Below, piece after piece: positions 34,452 through 47,950 of a stretch of 64,000 nucleotides of DNA (position 1 is the stretch's first letter; each line of letters opens with the position of its first letter). The notes under the pieces are model-generated. The model ran no database searches and had not been told where the DNA came from. It saw only the letters and a list, made by a program, of their open reading frames with translations. The stretch is from Phoronis australis (Eukaryota; Animalia; Phoronida). The DNA lies in NCBI GenBank assembly GCA_002633005.1, contig NMRA01000018.1, positions 580,094-644,093 of the forward strand, in the 5' to 3' direction. The position numbers and the translations under genes were made by a program.

Positions 34452-37400
34452 GTGAGCTCTTTATCTGTCTAAGTTAAAAATCTTCAACACTTTGTAATTG
34501 TAGTGAGACGTTATTACTACAACTTCAACGTCAACGAGGCAACGTTGTATAGCTGTAAATTGCTCACTGAAACAGTCATCAGTGACGCTTAGGCATTGAC
34601 CACCCTCTGTAACTGGCCCCAGTATAGAGACGGTGGCCATCCCATTGGTACTTTTTCACCGGAAGCTTTTAAACGAGTTATGCGTCACGCTGATTAAAAC
34701 ATCCAAGTCATGTTGTGATGGCTTGGAATTAGTTTAAGTCAAGAGGATTTTGGTTTCAATTTCCTCTTATTTGATTTCCAGTCTCCCTTTTTATCATCTA
34801 TTTTTTATCATTATTTTGACATTATTCATGCACAAAAATTTTCCTGCAGTTAAATTTTACAACAAAAAATATTGTATCACATATGCCTATTTATTTGTAG
34901 AACAATACATCACCTGAATATTTTTCCTTGTTTTTGTAATGGGTCATTCAAAGCCCTGTGTTATAAATAACTTTTGCACATAGAAGGACACCTTTGGAGG
35001 ACATTGATGTCTTTAGTTATCTCATGTCAAGTCAAGATTGGGTATGAGTGAACTTGGAATACCTTAGGAAACTTGGCAAGTTCACTCAATTAATCATGTT
35101 CGTTTTAAAAAATGTTTGCTCTGCACTAAACCAAATCACATTCTAATAATGATATAATGTAAATTTTAATTGCAATCTTTATTGTTTTTTTTCAACTATT
35201 GACATTCTTACATACCATTAATTGACTGTTACATATTCCTTCAAATGGTAAATGAGAAATGGATGATTAAGGGGCCAATAATAAAATTACAAAAATTCAT
35301 GGCAGTGAATAAAAAGTTTCTGCACTGATTGCTGTAATTCCAAGTTCACGCATACGCGACCTTGAGAACGGAATTCCAAGTTCATACACCACAGCTTCTC
35401 TTCCAAAGGATATGGTTACGAGGCACTGTACAGTTCTCGCTGGGTTTTGCCTGACAATGCATATGTCACTGGACTTGATGACCTTCTTCCACGCTATCAA
35501 AAACAATATTAACAACTGCAAGTCTGTTCCTGTCAACTGTATTCTGTCTGAAATAGAAATCAATGCACCCTGATTCATGGTACTCAAGTTTGTCTTGCCA
35601 TCCCTATGAAAATTCAGTTAGTTCACAACAGAATGTCCAATCTAGCACTGTTTGCCTGTGCCAGTTTTGTTTTGTTCAAGGAAGATTATTTTAATGATAT
35701 AAATTTTATGTTAGATTTTCTTTTGGTCAGTTTTTACGCAGATTGATCCAAAGCTGTGTATTTACGCAAACCTACACTGCCAATTCAATCCACCAACTGC
35801 AGCACCGATACAAGCAGTTTTGGTAATAATTGCTGAGCTCACCATGTGCACAGTTTCTGTCTCGTTCACTCAGCAGCTTCAGATTGCAGATGCATCTAAT
35901 TAGCCCATTCAAAGGACAAAACACACATTGGCATGTTGCCACTGAGATGCTTGTATCAGCCTTTAGTGTTGGGATTGTTCTTCATCAGTGTCTCTCTTTG
36001 ATTTCCCTGAGTATAACCAGTGCTGGTGTGTCATTGGTCAAGTCCACTACACTACTTATGACAATTATTTAGTCATTCATTTGTATTCACCAGTAGTTGA
36101 TGTTCTGGCTGATTCTTCATGATTGTACGATTTTGCTCATGTGAACTTATTGACTGGTTTTATGGAGATACTAGAGATTGCCGGAAGAGAAATATGTGGG
36201 AAAGTAGGAGTTGTGCTTTGATTTAGATGTTGTGAAAAATATCGATAATTTGTGAATGCGATTTTCAGCAACAAGTGCTTGATGAAACCATAGAAGAAAT
36301 GCTTACAAGATTGGACGAGTTTTGCGGGCTTGTTGACATGGTAGAGTATTAACATACTGTTGACATGGTAAAGCATAAACGCACACAGTTGGTTTATGTT
36401 GGCTTACTCTCCTCTTATTTTGCACAAAATTCAGGGTGTTTGAAATAATTGAACACTCATATTTCGAAGTTGAAGGTTGTACAAATTAAATTAATAACCA
36501 TAGAAAAATCGTTAAGTGCCCATATGTGAATGTACTAAAATGTGGCCTTTGATTAGTAGTCAGTGGCCCTGAGCTGTTGGAGCTCACATTTTTGTCATTA
36601 AAGTTGGTGAAAAGGGACAAAAGGTTGAAGTTTAAGAGGTTGTTCATTTTGTCGTTATTGAAAAAAATATTTTTTTCAAGCATTCTAACAGGCACATTCC
36701 TAAGCAGTGTTTGGTCAAGCTAAACTAAAGAAACCTGCAGATTAGCAGTATTAATTTAAATTATTTATGAAATCACAAAGTACGAAGCTACTTTGAATTT
36801 TTTAATATTTATTGAATTAAGCAAACATGTACAGCGTATGTATAAGGGCAAAGAATATTCATACACACGAGCATATAATACACATGCAAACAAAGTTGTT
36901 TTTAATTAATTCCGTATGCTCACCAGAGAAGACATGGGGTAATTTTCTCCAGATTGTAATTACATTCTTCAGTAAAACCATTTTTTCAGAAGCAGAAAAT
37001 TTCTGACAGTTGAATTCTGATATTTCAACACTCCAATGAAACCAAAAATGTTTGGTATTGTAACCTTAAATTTTGCTTGATAGATGAATTTTTGCATATT
37101 AGCATAAACCAATTTAAAAATTTACCTCCTGCGTCAGAAATATCACCAAAAAGTATTTCTCTTGTGGTAATATGAAAATTAAACCTCTGACTAGCACACA
37201 GATTTCTATTTCTGTCAGAAAATTTGTTTTACAGGTATAAAAAATGTGTTCTAAAGTTTCAGTCTCAACTGTACAAAATGAACACTTTTCAGAGTCAACT
37301 ATCTTAATTTTATGTAAAAAAACTGTTGATTACAATAATTCTTTGTAGAATTTTGTATTGCAAACATATCAATGAAGTGTTTAGGTTACATTCAAAATCT

Positions 37401-40400
37401 TGGAGAGCCTAGAAAGAAAACTGTGGTCAGCATATTGTGAAATAAGGAACTAGACATTATTAATTCTTTAATTTGCCTTTCTGTCTTTTTAAGCTCCAGG
37501 CCTTTGGCACCAGCTTTCTCAATGAATTGACTAAAATATCCTGCTTAGGAGAGGAGGCAGTGTGGCCTAGTGTCATAGGTGCCTGCTTTCTTTACTCAAT
37601 TTTGTGGGTTCGAGTCCAACTGGGACACACTACTAAACCCTTGAGTCAGGTTTCTAGCTCCTCAGCTCAGTTTTTACTATATATTAAGGATAACAACGGT
37701 TCCAGGTGATCAGTGCAATGGGCCCACATGCGCGGTACAACATGTACCAAACCTTTATTTTTATATATACTAAGGACCTGGCGCATAAAACAGGGGCCCA
37801 TGTTGCAGCATCGAGTAAGTAGTGCACTGTAGGGCCTGTTGAAACATTTTCACTGGCGATATGTGGCATTGACTGAGCAGACTGGGGTGGCAGGAAGAAT
37901 TTGACATCCTATTAGTACAGTATCGGGGAAATTATGTAAATGGGCCAGATTGTGAGGGGGCCCCATAGCCAAATAAGGTTCAGGCTTCCGAAAATGTAGA
38001 TCTACTGACTGTAAATGTTGATATTCCATTTATTTTCAAAATCTTTTATAGTCTCTTCCTTAATTCAGGACACCTTGATTACAATTTTTTTTCAGATACG
38101 CAGTGATACTACTTTGTGTCTAAAGAGGTCCCTGCCAGAAATACAAGCGAAAAGTGCTCACATGCAGAAAATATTTTATAGAATAGATAAATTAGAGGTA
38201 CTCATTTCATTGTTAGTCTTGTATTGTGCTACCGTAAAATCGCTTAAAATTAATCACTATCTAAGTCAACATTAGCATGCTGTATTATCGGAGCTATGAA
38301 ACCTGCACGTAAAGTGCTGCATTTTCCACTGTGTTTCGTTAGTCTGGCATGTGTTGTCGTGATTTTCTATTTTAAATTCGTGGGCCTTGCTAGAACAGGT
38401 GTGAATTCCGTAGAAGCAAGAATCTCCCAAAAACACAAGAACATTCTACACTTTGCAAGATGTCGCCATGTATTGCAGTAGGGAAGAACATGATCACACG
38501 AGCTTCCTTAACAAGATTCTTGCATTTACTTCCTAGGTTATCTCAGTAACGGTGTGTGTGGGCCAGTCTCAATATAATTGCGCAGTTCTTCTTTAAACTT
38601 TGAAAGCTCAGCCACGAAATGACTTTTTCGGAAAAATTACAGTTTGTTCACTACACTTTTATCTGCATTGATTTCAATTTTGTCACTTTAATAAAGAAAT
38701 ATAGGTTAAAAACAAAAAAATGTGACATAACATACAAGTTAGTTATCTTTTTGGCACATTTTCACTTTTGGCCATTGACCCTTTTACAGATAGCGAAAAT
38801 CTGTGTGTATAATTGTACTTGTCCTAGAGAGTAGATTTGATTTGTAGAATACCAGTCATCCTAGCCAGAATCCAGGAAGTGTCACACAGGCGGTGACAGT
38901 TCATTTGGCCAGAGAAGATATCCTACCTGTTTACTCGCGTTTATGATAAACTGATTCTGGCTGCTCCGAATACTACTAAAATGAAATGATTGCTACAGAT
39001 GGTTCGTGTACGTCTGCCAGTGGAAATGCTTTGGATGACTGCTATCCCACAATTCTTTGTGCATATGACCAATCTTTTTGCCTGGTCTACTGCAAAATAT
39101 ATTGCTCAACAACAAACTCAAGAAATTACTAACAGTTATGGTACTCAACAAGAACAGGCCCTTCATTTTCCGAACTCATCTTCCATGAAAAGGGCAAAAC
39201 AAAAACTTCAGTGATCAATAAAGTTAGAAATTTTATCACATTTACTTATTGTTAGCAACAAATTGATATCGGCTCTTGGCTTTTCAGGCTTTTGTTAATT
39301 TGGTCAAAAAGAACTTGGATGCTCTAGAACAACATGTCAACAAAGCCGATAGTGAAATGGGCTCATTAAGTTCAATCAAGAAGATGTTTTCCTCGTTTTT
39401 GTCAACGGTAAGTGTTCTGTAGTGTTAGTTGCCTCACTTGCATGCCATATCTTACGCACACCTACACACCTCAACTACATGATGTGTCAAGTTTATTGGA
39501 CACATTTTAAATATAAAAATTGACCTGAAATTATTATTTTCTTAGTTGGTTCTTGATGACAGCTTAGACAAACTGTGTCAGTTTTTACTCACCTAGTGTT
39601 AAAATGTTGAAAATTACTATCTTCAAATGGACACCTCCAGCATTTGAATATTATTGCTTTATGCAATGGGTACGTATTACGCTACAGCTATTAATGCTAA
39701 GTCACATTTGGTGACCTGACACAATCTCAAGACACCAAATGAAATCTGAGGACGCCAAAACTGACAACAATTTATTTACCAGTGCCAACGAATTAGGTTG
39801 CCTGTTCGTCCACAATTCCCGTCCACCAAAAAGAAAATAAAAACAAAAAGAGAACATGTTTGTAATGGCACCCTTCCCCCATCCTATAAATGTGGGTACT
39901 TTCAGTCTCTAACTCCTCCCTTCTGCATTCCTTCTGCCGCCAATCGACAGACGAGCATAGGACCTAGACGACCGCATGGCCAATCTTGCCTGATTTTTGC
40001 TGAACAAATCGGACTTTTGTCTGTTTACTTCCTGTTGTAACTTAAGCGTGATGCCAAATGCATTGAACTCATGACGTAAATGGAAAAATTGCATATCTAA
40101 GGTAATTAATGTAAAAAAACTGTTAGTAATTGGAAGTTTGGAAGTCAACACGAACCTTGAAACAAATTTAGAGGGAAATATTGTTTGACTTTAGTAATTG
40201 GAAGTTTGGAAGTCAACACGAACCTTGAAACAAATTTAGAGGGAAATATTGTTTGACTTTGACACTCGCAGTGTCGAAGTTGTGGCAACTTGGAATTTTT
40301 CCTAGGTCACCAAACACAATCTGAAGTCGCATTGGTGACTTGCAGCTTGCCAAATCGAGTGCTGCGTTACCTCTCGCAATTTCTGAAGTCTGTCCTTTGA

Positions 40401-41900
40401 AGAGAGATACGTGTACAACTAAAGATGTTGTCACAGTTTTCCCCATGTGTGGGTGGGTGCAGGTTACTGACCTGTGCTAATAACTTTTGGTGCGACTAAA
40501 GACTGAAGATTGGTTCAAGTTGATCACTTTTGATTATTAATCTGGACTGTACATTCCTAAGTCTACTTATAGAAAACGTCTGATGTAATGTCTGTTCTGT
40601 GCTTCAGCCAGTGCTGCGAAGCCTTGACATGTGATGAACTTCTGAGAAATTTGCACCAACTGTTACACTTGTTGATTCAATAAACTGCTGTCTCTATAGC
40701 TGGCTTTCTATTGACCATGGCTGTAACTGCTGAATCAGATTCTCTTCAGGGCAACTCAAGTGTAACTGTCTTGTAACTCTAACTTTAACTTAAACTCCAA
40801 CTTAAAATGTTATCAACTAGCCTGTGGCTGTGTATTTATAGTCTCTTACGATGTTCTGCAACGTTTTACCAATTGAAGCACATTCTAGAGCTTTTTGGAA
40901 TCTACCCAATCTTTTACAAACATATAGTAGGCTGCAGAATGTTCCCTACCATACTATTGTAAACAAATTACATTGTCACTGTTAGGACCTCATGGGTCAT
41001 GTCTATCAAGTGCTATACAAACAGAACAAGATATTATTAAACTAAGAACAGTGTCAATCTATTCCTGACAGACAGAGAGTGATATATTTGGAACCACTGC
41101 AGACAGACTGAGTCATACAAAATGGGTTCTGGTGTGGACCACAATGGTCAAGTTACTTATACAGCATCTAAAAAGCTTACAAAGTCTAATGTAGCAAGTC
41201 ATCCGACACTAATGACGTTTAAAGCAAAAAACGCTGCTTCCAGATAAACCGTCACATATGCATAAAGCATTTCTTCAAATCCATAGTGTCTTCAGAGAAT
41301 TTCAGATGCAATGACTTGATTCATACCCCTACTATCGGATCTTGCCACAAACACAATTTCATGTTGACCAAGACCTCAGTTTCACAATAACGCACCAGCA
41401 TCACTTCAGTGCATAGTCCTGATAAAGTGCTCTTTCTTCAAAATGAGCCCTAAGAAAGAGATTTTTTTTGTTAAGCCTCATTTACTGTCTCGGAAATAGG
41501 TGAAACTGTAATTGCAGTGTCTGACACGATGTTCCATCTATTCATCGCGAGGACGTGTTTCTCCCTGTATTTCTCTGAATTTTGTATATTTATGATAATT
41601 GCGGGAAGCCTGACAAAGGTACCAGACGTGCTCAGGTGAGCCCATTGCACTGATCACCTGAAACCATTTTTATGCTTTATAAACAAAGTTGAGGAGCTAG
41701 AGACCTGACCTGTGTCTTAATGTTGTAATTTTTAGAAGAAGACTTCCATTCAGAGGACTTGTGATGAGGGTGACATCTACATCCCTCATGAAATCTTCAA
41801 ATGTCAAGATTACCTGCCACTTCCCCGAACTCCTGCAGCACCAGTTGTTGTAACTAGCTATGAGAAGGGAGAAGAAGAAAACAACTCACAGGCATTGTGA
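34293..41900 (+). CDS. BLOC1S4: BLOC-1 complex subunit 4 (cappuccino), complete, 5 exons, ~205 aa
   Basis: Exons 34293-34451, 36269-36340, 38096-38197, 39288-39407, 41736-41900, all phase 0. LDETIEEMLTRLDEFCGLVDM-IRSD...LPEIQAKSAHMQKIFYRIDKLE-AFVNLVKKNLDALEQHVNKADSEMG...IFKCQDYL matches the cappuccino family pattern (LLTRVDEFVGMLDMLRGD...IYSRIDRLEAFV...LFRTEDYF). Confidence 0.92.
36269..36340 (+). CDS. BLOC1S4: BLOC1S4 exon 2
   Basis: attttcag|QQVLDETIEEMLTRLDEFCGLVDM|gtagag. Confidence 0.9.
37548..37745 (+). mobile_element. tRNA-derived SINE
   Basis: A box GTGGCCTAGTG, B box GGTTCGAGTCC, then a body whose 3' part recurs inverted at 41630-41712. Confidence 0.7.
38096..38197 (+). CDS. BLOC1S4: BLOC1S4 exon 3
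   Basis: ttttttcag|IRSDTTLCLKRSLPEIQAKSAHMQKIFYRIDKLE|gtactc. Confidence 0.9.
39288..39407 (+). CDS. BLOC1S4: BLOC1S4 exon 4
   Basis: cttttcag|AFVNLVKKNLDALEQHVNKADSEMGSLSSIKKMFSSFLST|gtaagt. Confidence 0.9.
39861..40468. repeat. Possible degraded LTR-like repeat with a 69-bp tandem duplication (40124-40261)
   Basis: tgtaa..gcaccc / gggtgcaggttac ends; exact tandem copy tagtaattggaagtttggaagtc...tgtttgactt; no TSD found. Confidence 0.35.
40630..41070. mobile_element. Gypsy-type solo LTR (441 bp) in BLOC1S4 intron 4
   Basis: TGTGATGAA...TTCCTGACA termini; 4-bp TSD gaca (40626-40629, 41071-41074); TATAAATA on the minus strand near 40835. Confidence 0.75.
41630..41712 (-). repeat. Inverted 3' fragment of the SINE at 37548
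   Basis: Reverse complement gtcaggtctctagctcctca...caggtgatcagtgcaatgggc matches 37645-37725. Confidence 0.7.
41736..41900 (+). CDS. BLOC1S4: BLOC1S4 exon 5 (stop)
   Basis: tttttag|KKTSIQRTCDEGDIYIPHEIFKCQDYLPLP...NNSQAL*; TGA 41898-41900; NAGNAG-type acceptor. Confidence 0.85.
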   Translation, partial: KKTSIQRTCDEGDIYIPHEIFKCQDYLPLPRTPAAPVVVTSYEKGEEENNSQAL

Positions 41901-42541
41901 TCATTCAGAAGCAGACCATTGATTTTAATCTCTGTCAGTTCAAACCTCTACTTCTGCCTTCAGTCATTGCTAAAAGATTTTCTGAATTGAAAAGACTGTA
42001 AAGTGAACGGGTGCTTTGATGATACCATGTATAAAGGAATTTTCTGATAAACTGGGGTTTCCTCTGCTGAAGTTATGTTTGTTGAAAAGCAGAAGAATGA
42101 CTTCTAGCTTTCACGAGAGTGAAACTTGCAGAAATGTTGAAACAATATGCAGTGGCTATCAATCCATTGGATGACTTGAAATTCTCTGAGTGAGGGCAGT
42201 TAGATAATGGTCTTGCCTATGTAAGGACTTGAACTCAAGTTATCTCCTACTCGGTCTCTTAGCCAACAACTCTCTCATGCTGATTAACTGCTTGACACTC
42301 TACTCAGTTGTTATGAAGGGTGCTTTTATTCATGAGCACAATCAAATGAATCTTTGTGTTGAGAGCTAAGTGTAAAGATACTGTACTTGGGGTGGACTTC
42401 GTCAATTGGTTTGTATACTCTACCAAATTAAATATTCAAGATCGTGGATGAAACCGTAGACTTACAAGCAGTAGTGTGCAGAAGTGTGGTGATGCTCGGG
42501 GTGACTTTTTATTGGACGCTCCCTCTTTACTCACCCACCAA

Positions 42542-42786
42542 GCAGTGGCAGATCTAGGATACCATAACGGGGAGCCCAACACTTTGTTTCGGGCAAATGT
42601 GTAAAGCATGCACGCACCCTGTCTGAAATCAGTGGCAGATTTAGAGGGGCCCAAGGGGGCCATGGCCCCCCTGAAATTATTCCAGATTCCATTTGGCAGT
42701 TCGGGGGTGTGAATGTCTGACAGGCTAAATCCTGGCTAATACTCTACCCTGGCCCCCCTTAACTCAGAATCCTGGATCTTCCCTTG
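42542..42786. mobile_element. Nested GC-rich CAGTGGCGGAT-type (hAT-like) MITE fragments
   Basis: cagtggcagatct / cagtggcagattt starts; 42630-42786 is the inverted relative of 56761-56923. Confidence 0.65.
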
Positions 42787-43039
42787 GAAATGGAGAAGGG
42801 CTTGGACTTCCTTGCTGAAATGCAGCGAACCCCACAACGAAAAAAAACGGGGAGATCGAGTGTTGCAGTTATCAAATCGAGTCTAATTCATTTTGATTTT
42901 GTCATATTTGTTCATTGAGCGAGGGCATTAGTCAACAAATCTGTGTTTATTGTACATGTATGTGCTTCAAGCACGCGGCTATTAAACATCACGGCAGAAA
43001 CGAAATAGTTGCTGCGACGCCTCTTGCATGAGAGAGAGA

Positions 43040-46000
43040 AAGAGAGAAAACACTTTTATTTACATTACATTATAATAATACAATAATTAAAATTTGATTT
43101 CAATTAGGAGGCCTTCTAAAGGTTATTGACCACTAATAAGAAGGTCCCCTGTACAAAATAAATAAACGGAAATGCAAAAATCAGTAGGAAAGCTTAAGAA
43201 AAAGTGAATTAGTGCTGAAAACGACCCACGTGCCAGGAGCCAAGAAATAAACTGGCACAGCTCAGGAGATTTTGAGAATACAATTAGATACGGTTACATA
43301 TGAAGCAATTGGAAATATGACAAACTGGATCGTAGTTGCTAATAATAAAATTGGTTAAGAACCTGCAGAATGCTTGCAAAGAATATGTTTTTATTATATT
43401 TAGAGCAGAGACTGGTATTTCGTTGTTGTTTGTAAGTCGAGGAATCTCAAATGTAATACAGGCTCTTGATGACAATTTGTTGGACGGAGAAGTTAAAATT
43501 TTGGGTTGTATTGTCGGAATAGCAGCTGAGTATTGATTCAGGTATGTAGGAGTTTTAATGTGTCCGGTTGGTTTATATTGGATGGGTTTACTAAAGAAAT
43601 TGTTAGTACAAAAATACGTAGGAAGCTGATTATTGAGGAATTTATAGTAAAATTTTACAGTTGAGGTCTTAAAGATGTCTAGAAGTACATGTAGAGGAAG
43701 GCGAAGTTCCTTACATATGGGCAGAGAGTGAGCATTATAACTGGAATTTGATATATTCCTAAGGATTCTCTTCTGGGCTGTCTGAAGTTTCTTAGTGTTG
43801 CCAAAACTTCAAGTTGCAATGCCATAGTTTAAATGTGGGAGGACAAGTGAATTATATATCAACTTGAGAGCTAGAGGAGGAAGATGAGATTTCAACTGAT
43901 ATAAGAGTCCACCGATATTGTTAAGTTTGTTTGAGCTGAGGTTAATGTGGGGGACCATGAGAGGTTTTTGTCAACAGTAATACCAAGGAAAGGGAAACTG
44001 TTCACATGACATATTGTTTTGCTATTTATATAAATGGAGGGAATAATACATTTTTCAATTTTCTTTTTGGTGTAGTGGAAGATTATTAATTTACTTTTTG
44101 ATGTGTTAATTGAAAGTTTTTTCACGGAAAACCAGTCTGAAATAGATTTAAGGTTGTTGTTGATGGTGGTTGATTGCTGTAAAGTTTGTTGGGAAGATTC
44201 AGTCAGTTTGTAAGGTGTGACGAGGCAAGTGTCGTCAGCATAAAGAAGTGTGTCCATGGGCGAAGAAAACGAAAGATCATTTATGTAAACTAGGAAGAGA
44301 AGTGGGCCAAGGGCAGAGCCTTGGGGAACTCCGGTAGATATTGGTAACCAACTGGAAGTTGTATCACTTAATGAAACATATTGGGTGCGGTTTGAGAGAT
44401 AACTTTGAAACAGTGTATATTCAACGCCAGTAATACCATAGTGATTTATCTTTTGCAAGAGTATTTGGTGGTCTATTGTGTCGAAAGCTTTAGAGAGATC
44501 AAGAAAGATGACCAGGGGATTCATGTCATAATCAAAATGGGAACAAATGCGGTCTAAAAGTTCAAGCGAAGCAAGTTCTGTAGAGTGACATTTCCTGAAA
44601 CCATATTGATGTTTATTAAGAATATCATTTTCATCTAGGAAAGTTGAAAGTTGAGTATGGATATTTTGTCTATAATTTTTGAGATTGTTGGAAGAATAGA
44701 AATGGGTCTATAATTGCCCGGGTGCTCTGGTCCAAACCATGTTGCTTAAAAACTGGGATTACCTTTGCAATCTTTAGAGCATCTGGAAATATACCAGTGA
44801 GCAAGCACTGGTTGATGATGGTCGTGAGAGGTTCAATTGTAAAAGGACTGCTTATTTTGATAATTTTAGATGATAAATTGTCATGACCTGTACTATTTTT
44901 TGTGTCCATGTCTCTTGTAATATCTAATACTTGTTTATTATTAATTAGTTTGAAAGAGAACTTAAATTTGTTTGGCGTGGGAAGATAGTCTTTGAAATTC
45001 TTGTATTTTATCATAGTTATTGATTCAGAAGGTGAAGAGCCGATTTGGGTAAAGTAGGTGTTGAATAAACTCGCCATTTCGGGTAGGTAACTGGTTTTAG
45101 TGTTATCTGAACGTAAAAGACATTCTGGGGTATCATTTTTTGGTTCGGACGCCGTTGTTCATAACTGTCTTGATTGTATCCCATGTTTTATTTATGTCAG
45201 ACTTTCCTTTTTCGAATGTGTCATAATAGTAGGATGCTTAGCGGAATCAACAGTTTTTTGAGAATCTTGTTGTATACTTTTAGTTTGTTGTGGAGTGTAG
45301 CGTAGGATTGTGTATTGCTAGGTGTTGTCTTGGTTTGTTTTTACAGTTAATCTCCGTAACGAATGGAAATTAAAATACCAGGGCTGAGTTGCATAAAGCT
45401 TCAAAAGATATCCGCTGGATAAGTTTGATTGTTGCATGACGTCATGTGCATTGTTCAACAATAACAACGTGACGCGTGATAATGCGACGTCATTGTTGCT
45501 ATGCGGCGTATAACTTTTATGCAACTGGGCCCAGGTGTAATCCACGAGTTAAGCGCGTGTTTGTGTTTATTATGTCTAACAAAGTGTTTTTTGTGAGATA
45601 TGTTTTTCGTGAGATATGTCAAAGTATCACCCAGTATTGCGTAGTTGTGATTGGGGTCACAATCTAAGCTGCGGCCTAGCTTTTCCATGATATTGCAGTT
45701 CCGCAAGCTATTGAGAAAGTGAGTTTTTGTTTGCTGTGTGTAAGAATATTTTGAGACGAAAGTAGGGCGTTTAGGGTTGATTTTCTTTATTGATTATGAA
45801 GCAATGAAGATAGGACAGTGGTCTGAAATCGAAGAGAGAAGAATACCAGAGTGTGTATAGAGTATATGTATGTGACCGTATGATGTTGATGTAAAAAATT
45901 ATCTATTAAAGTTGCTGATGTGGGGCTAAGACGTGTAGGGTATGTAATTGAAGGTCTTAAATTGTGATCTGTCATAAAATCCAGGAATGTTTGAACTTTA

Positions 46001-46750
46001 TTATTTGTTTGTGTCTCTAGAAGTTTTAAGTTGTAATCGCCACCTAAAATCAGACGTGTTTCAGGCTGATTTTGAAGGTTTTCGATGATGGGACAGAACT
46101 CTTCAATAAACACGTCAAAGGTTCTAACGATTGAAGTCGGCGGTCTGTAAAAGTTTCCGACGCAGATTATTTTGTTGTTAATAGAGATAAAAGTGAGTAG
46201 GCCTTCGAACGTAGAATAAGTATCAAGAACTTGAATTGTTTTGACAGGAGGATTTTCATTTACGTAAGTGATAAGGCCACCGTGTGTTGAACATAAGCCT
46301 GATGCAGGTTTGGAGTACATGTTGTAACCGTCAATTTGAAAGACTGGAAGGCAGCTGGTCGTACTTAACCATGATTCTTGTATTAAGGTAATGTCGAAAA
46401 ATAATTCTTTAGAGTGGATGTTGTGCAGGAATGATTCAAATTGAGTGAATTTTGCGTTAAGTGATTGAATGTTAATACTTAACACGGTTAGACTTGATTT
46501 ATTTAGTTCAAGAAAGTTTTTAACTCCTTCTGTATCAAAAAATGGGATTTGGTAATTGGAGCCTCGGTGCCACAATCAAGGGACTTATATATGAGACAGA
46601 AATCGAGTGCATTCTCACCTCCATAACTAGATAATAGAGGAGCAGGATCAAGAGCTGCGCCACAAAAGAAAACTGACTTACGTTGTCCATAAATGGGTAT
46701 TAACATGTGTTATTCTTTGATTGGTCCTTGGATATCGGTCGTCATATAAG
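43040..46750 (-). mobile_element. Decayed non-LTR retrotransposon (CR1/L2 group, Crack/Daphne-like) ORF2
   Basis: APE motifs (SINIQSL, IQESWL, GGLITY, FYRPP, GGDYN, PTR, TLIDN) at 45787-46575. RT motifs (KIAKVIPVFK, FLDLSKAFDTIDH, GVPQGSALGPLLFLVYINDL, YADDT, FLGITVD) at 43892-45077. Multiple frameshifts; 3' aataaa plus microsatellite tail near 43030-43060. Confidence 0.92.
45382..45531. mobile_element. 150-bp Harbinger-type MITE inserted in the LINE
   Basis: TIR ggctgagttgcataaa / tttatgcaactgggcc; 3-bp TSD cag; removing it restores the LINE peptide WITPGILISIR. Confidence 0.85.
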
Positions 46751-47160
46751 TTCATTGAAATAGCGCACATGAAAAAATTCATAAGGGGTGGGCAAGATAA
46801 ACGAATAAAAAGTTTGCAAACTTAGACAGACAAGATAGATACTGAGATACATACATGAAGCATTAGACATTTGGAAACTTTAACATTTAAAATTACAAGT
46901 CAAATCTATGCATATATATAAATCTTAAACACTATTTGGATTAACTGTTCAATTATGGATAATTATCTTGCGTAGCTTCAGGCAGTCGACGGTAGCGATC
47001 CCAGGTGGTCTACATGTATAATAATGATGCACTAACCTGATGATGCGGTGAGGGTGTATCTCCATGCACAGATAGCGTGATTCAATTTGACACTATACCC
47101 CATGCTGGGTGTACACAAGTTAGTCTTGTGACTGAGCTTAGTCATGTTACATGAGACAAT

Positions 47161-47306
47161 CCAGCCTCCCGTTCAGTAGCGCTAGGACCTCGCTAAAAAG
47201 CAAGACTTCGCGAGATTACGTGAGATATTGCCGTGCATTTTAAATAAGAACACGTGACTTTGACTAGGTTTTAGCTAGGTCCTAGCGTCTACTGAACGCA
47301 CGCCTG
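47161..47306. mobile_element. Small palindromic MITE
   Basis: ~35-bp imperfect TIR cgttcagtagcgctaggacctcgctaaaa / ttttagctaggtcctagcgtctactgaacg. Confidence 0.7.
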
Positions 47307-47950
47307 AATGAATAGAATCTAGCTTGTGACCCAGGTCACCTGAGGTATCCTGCTGTCTGAGTTTGCCAGAAATAGTTTCAACACTGTGCGTGCTGAGACA
47401 ATAGGTAATGAAAGTTGGAAACACAATCGGGATATCGTTCGTGTAAGGTTTCCAGACTGATGAGTGACAAGGCTAAAAATCGTTCACAGTCTGCCATTTT
47501 GTCATGACGAAAGTTCGCCTGGTCTCACAATTTTCAGGCCCTTATCATAGCAATATCTAACTACAATAAACACCAGGCTAATTGCTGACAAACACATCAG
47601 ACCCATACTGAAAACCACAACTGACTGGATGGAACTACTTTCCAAGACCAGTTGCAATGAATAAACAATTTGAGGGATATCACTCAAACAGTTTATACAT
47701 GTAGCAATGGCAAGCTTTCTTTGCCGGTAACGTGAACAGCAGGAACTATATTGCTGAACTAGTGAGACAACTGAAGACCCGGCCCGAAATACCTATTTTA
47801 ACAATACACTCAGAATCTCAGTATTTTTATGCAGATGTTATTCAAAGCATTGTCCTAAGTAATTTGAAGAAACTTCAAAACCTATGAAACCAGAACCCAG
47901 GAAGGTCCAAGAGATAACAATACATTCAAGTACTACTTGTAGTTCTACTG

